Assembly: GCA_051294905.1 (NCBI GenBank)
Contig: CM119371.1
Coordinates: 7,318,001-7,382,000 of the forward strand
Direction of reading: 5' to 3'
DNA length: 64,000 nucleotides
DNA from: Botryllus schlosseri
Taxonomy: Eukaryota
Below, piece by piece: positions 63,544-64,000 of this stretch. How positions within the stretch are numbered: the stretch's first letter is position 1; each line of letters starts with the position of its first letter. The notes below the pieces were generated by a model. It ran no database searches. It saw nothing but the letters and a program-made list of their open reading frames with translations, and was not told the DNA's origin. A program made the translations under genes and the position numbers.

Positions 63544-64000
63544 CAAGAAGAATGGAGAAAGAACGTTCAACTGTAGCAGCTATTGGCTGGCAACACTGAA
63601 GTTGTGCGTGCGACCGTGCGTACACTGCTGGTGACACACCGTGTTGCTTCATTCTGACAATGGTGTACATCTCAATTTTTGTAAGAACCATGCAATGTCC
63701 ACGCAGTCTAGCTTCACTTAGAATATTGCGGTACGTTGAGCATAACACCGTGTCAACCTATTTGTTTCATTTGACTGTTTATGATTCACAATGAGCAGAC
63801 AAAATGAGCCGTCTGCCACGGTAGGCCTATAAAGTAGGCTACAAACTGTAAAATGTCAAACGATAAGTTCACCGATTGCGGAAAATCTACGATACAAATA
63901 AAATGCAGGTTGCGAAAAATTCAGTCAATTTTGACATTTTTTGACCTAACGCTAAAATTTTGACCTTATTTTGACTTTTTTTGACATGTCAAAAAAAAAT

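Larger units (their letters stand above)
62798..64000. mobile_element. TIR element (AGTAGGGCGATTTTTT terminus) running off the window; inverted relative to copies at ~52253-53373 and ~61511-61733
   Basis: Reverse-complement similarity to 52253-53373; TTTTGAC subterminal repeats. Confidence 0.65.

Overview
AT-rich eukaryotic (metazoan, probably marine invertebrate; species not determinable here) genomic DNA; no prokaryotic operons, rRNA, tRNA genes or CRISPR. Two main components. (1) A tandem array of four intact, intronless BTB-BACK-Kelch (KLHL-like, putative Cullin-3 adaptor) genes on the minus strand, each in a duplicated ~8-10 kb unit (plus a fifth unit with no Kelch gene). Differences between the paralogues concentrate in short beta-propeller loop positions, and their relationships switch along the gene, suggesting a recombining, diversifying recognition-protein repertoire. 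(2) An 11.7 kb nest at 1946-13665: a young fold-back Penelope-like retroelement (RT + GIY-YIG, inverted arms, candidate minimal hammerhead ribozymes, 3' tail, 10-12 bp TSD). Its 3' UTRs were hit by two ISL2EU-type elements stacked at one AT dinucleotide and by an apparently intact Harbinger at a TAA. The rest is a patchwork of nested non-autonomous DNA transposons, LINE/SINE fragments and minisatellites, many with readable TIRs and TSDs.
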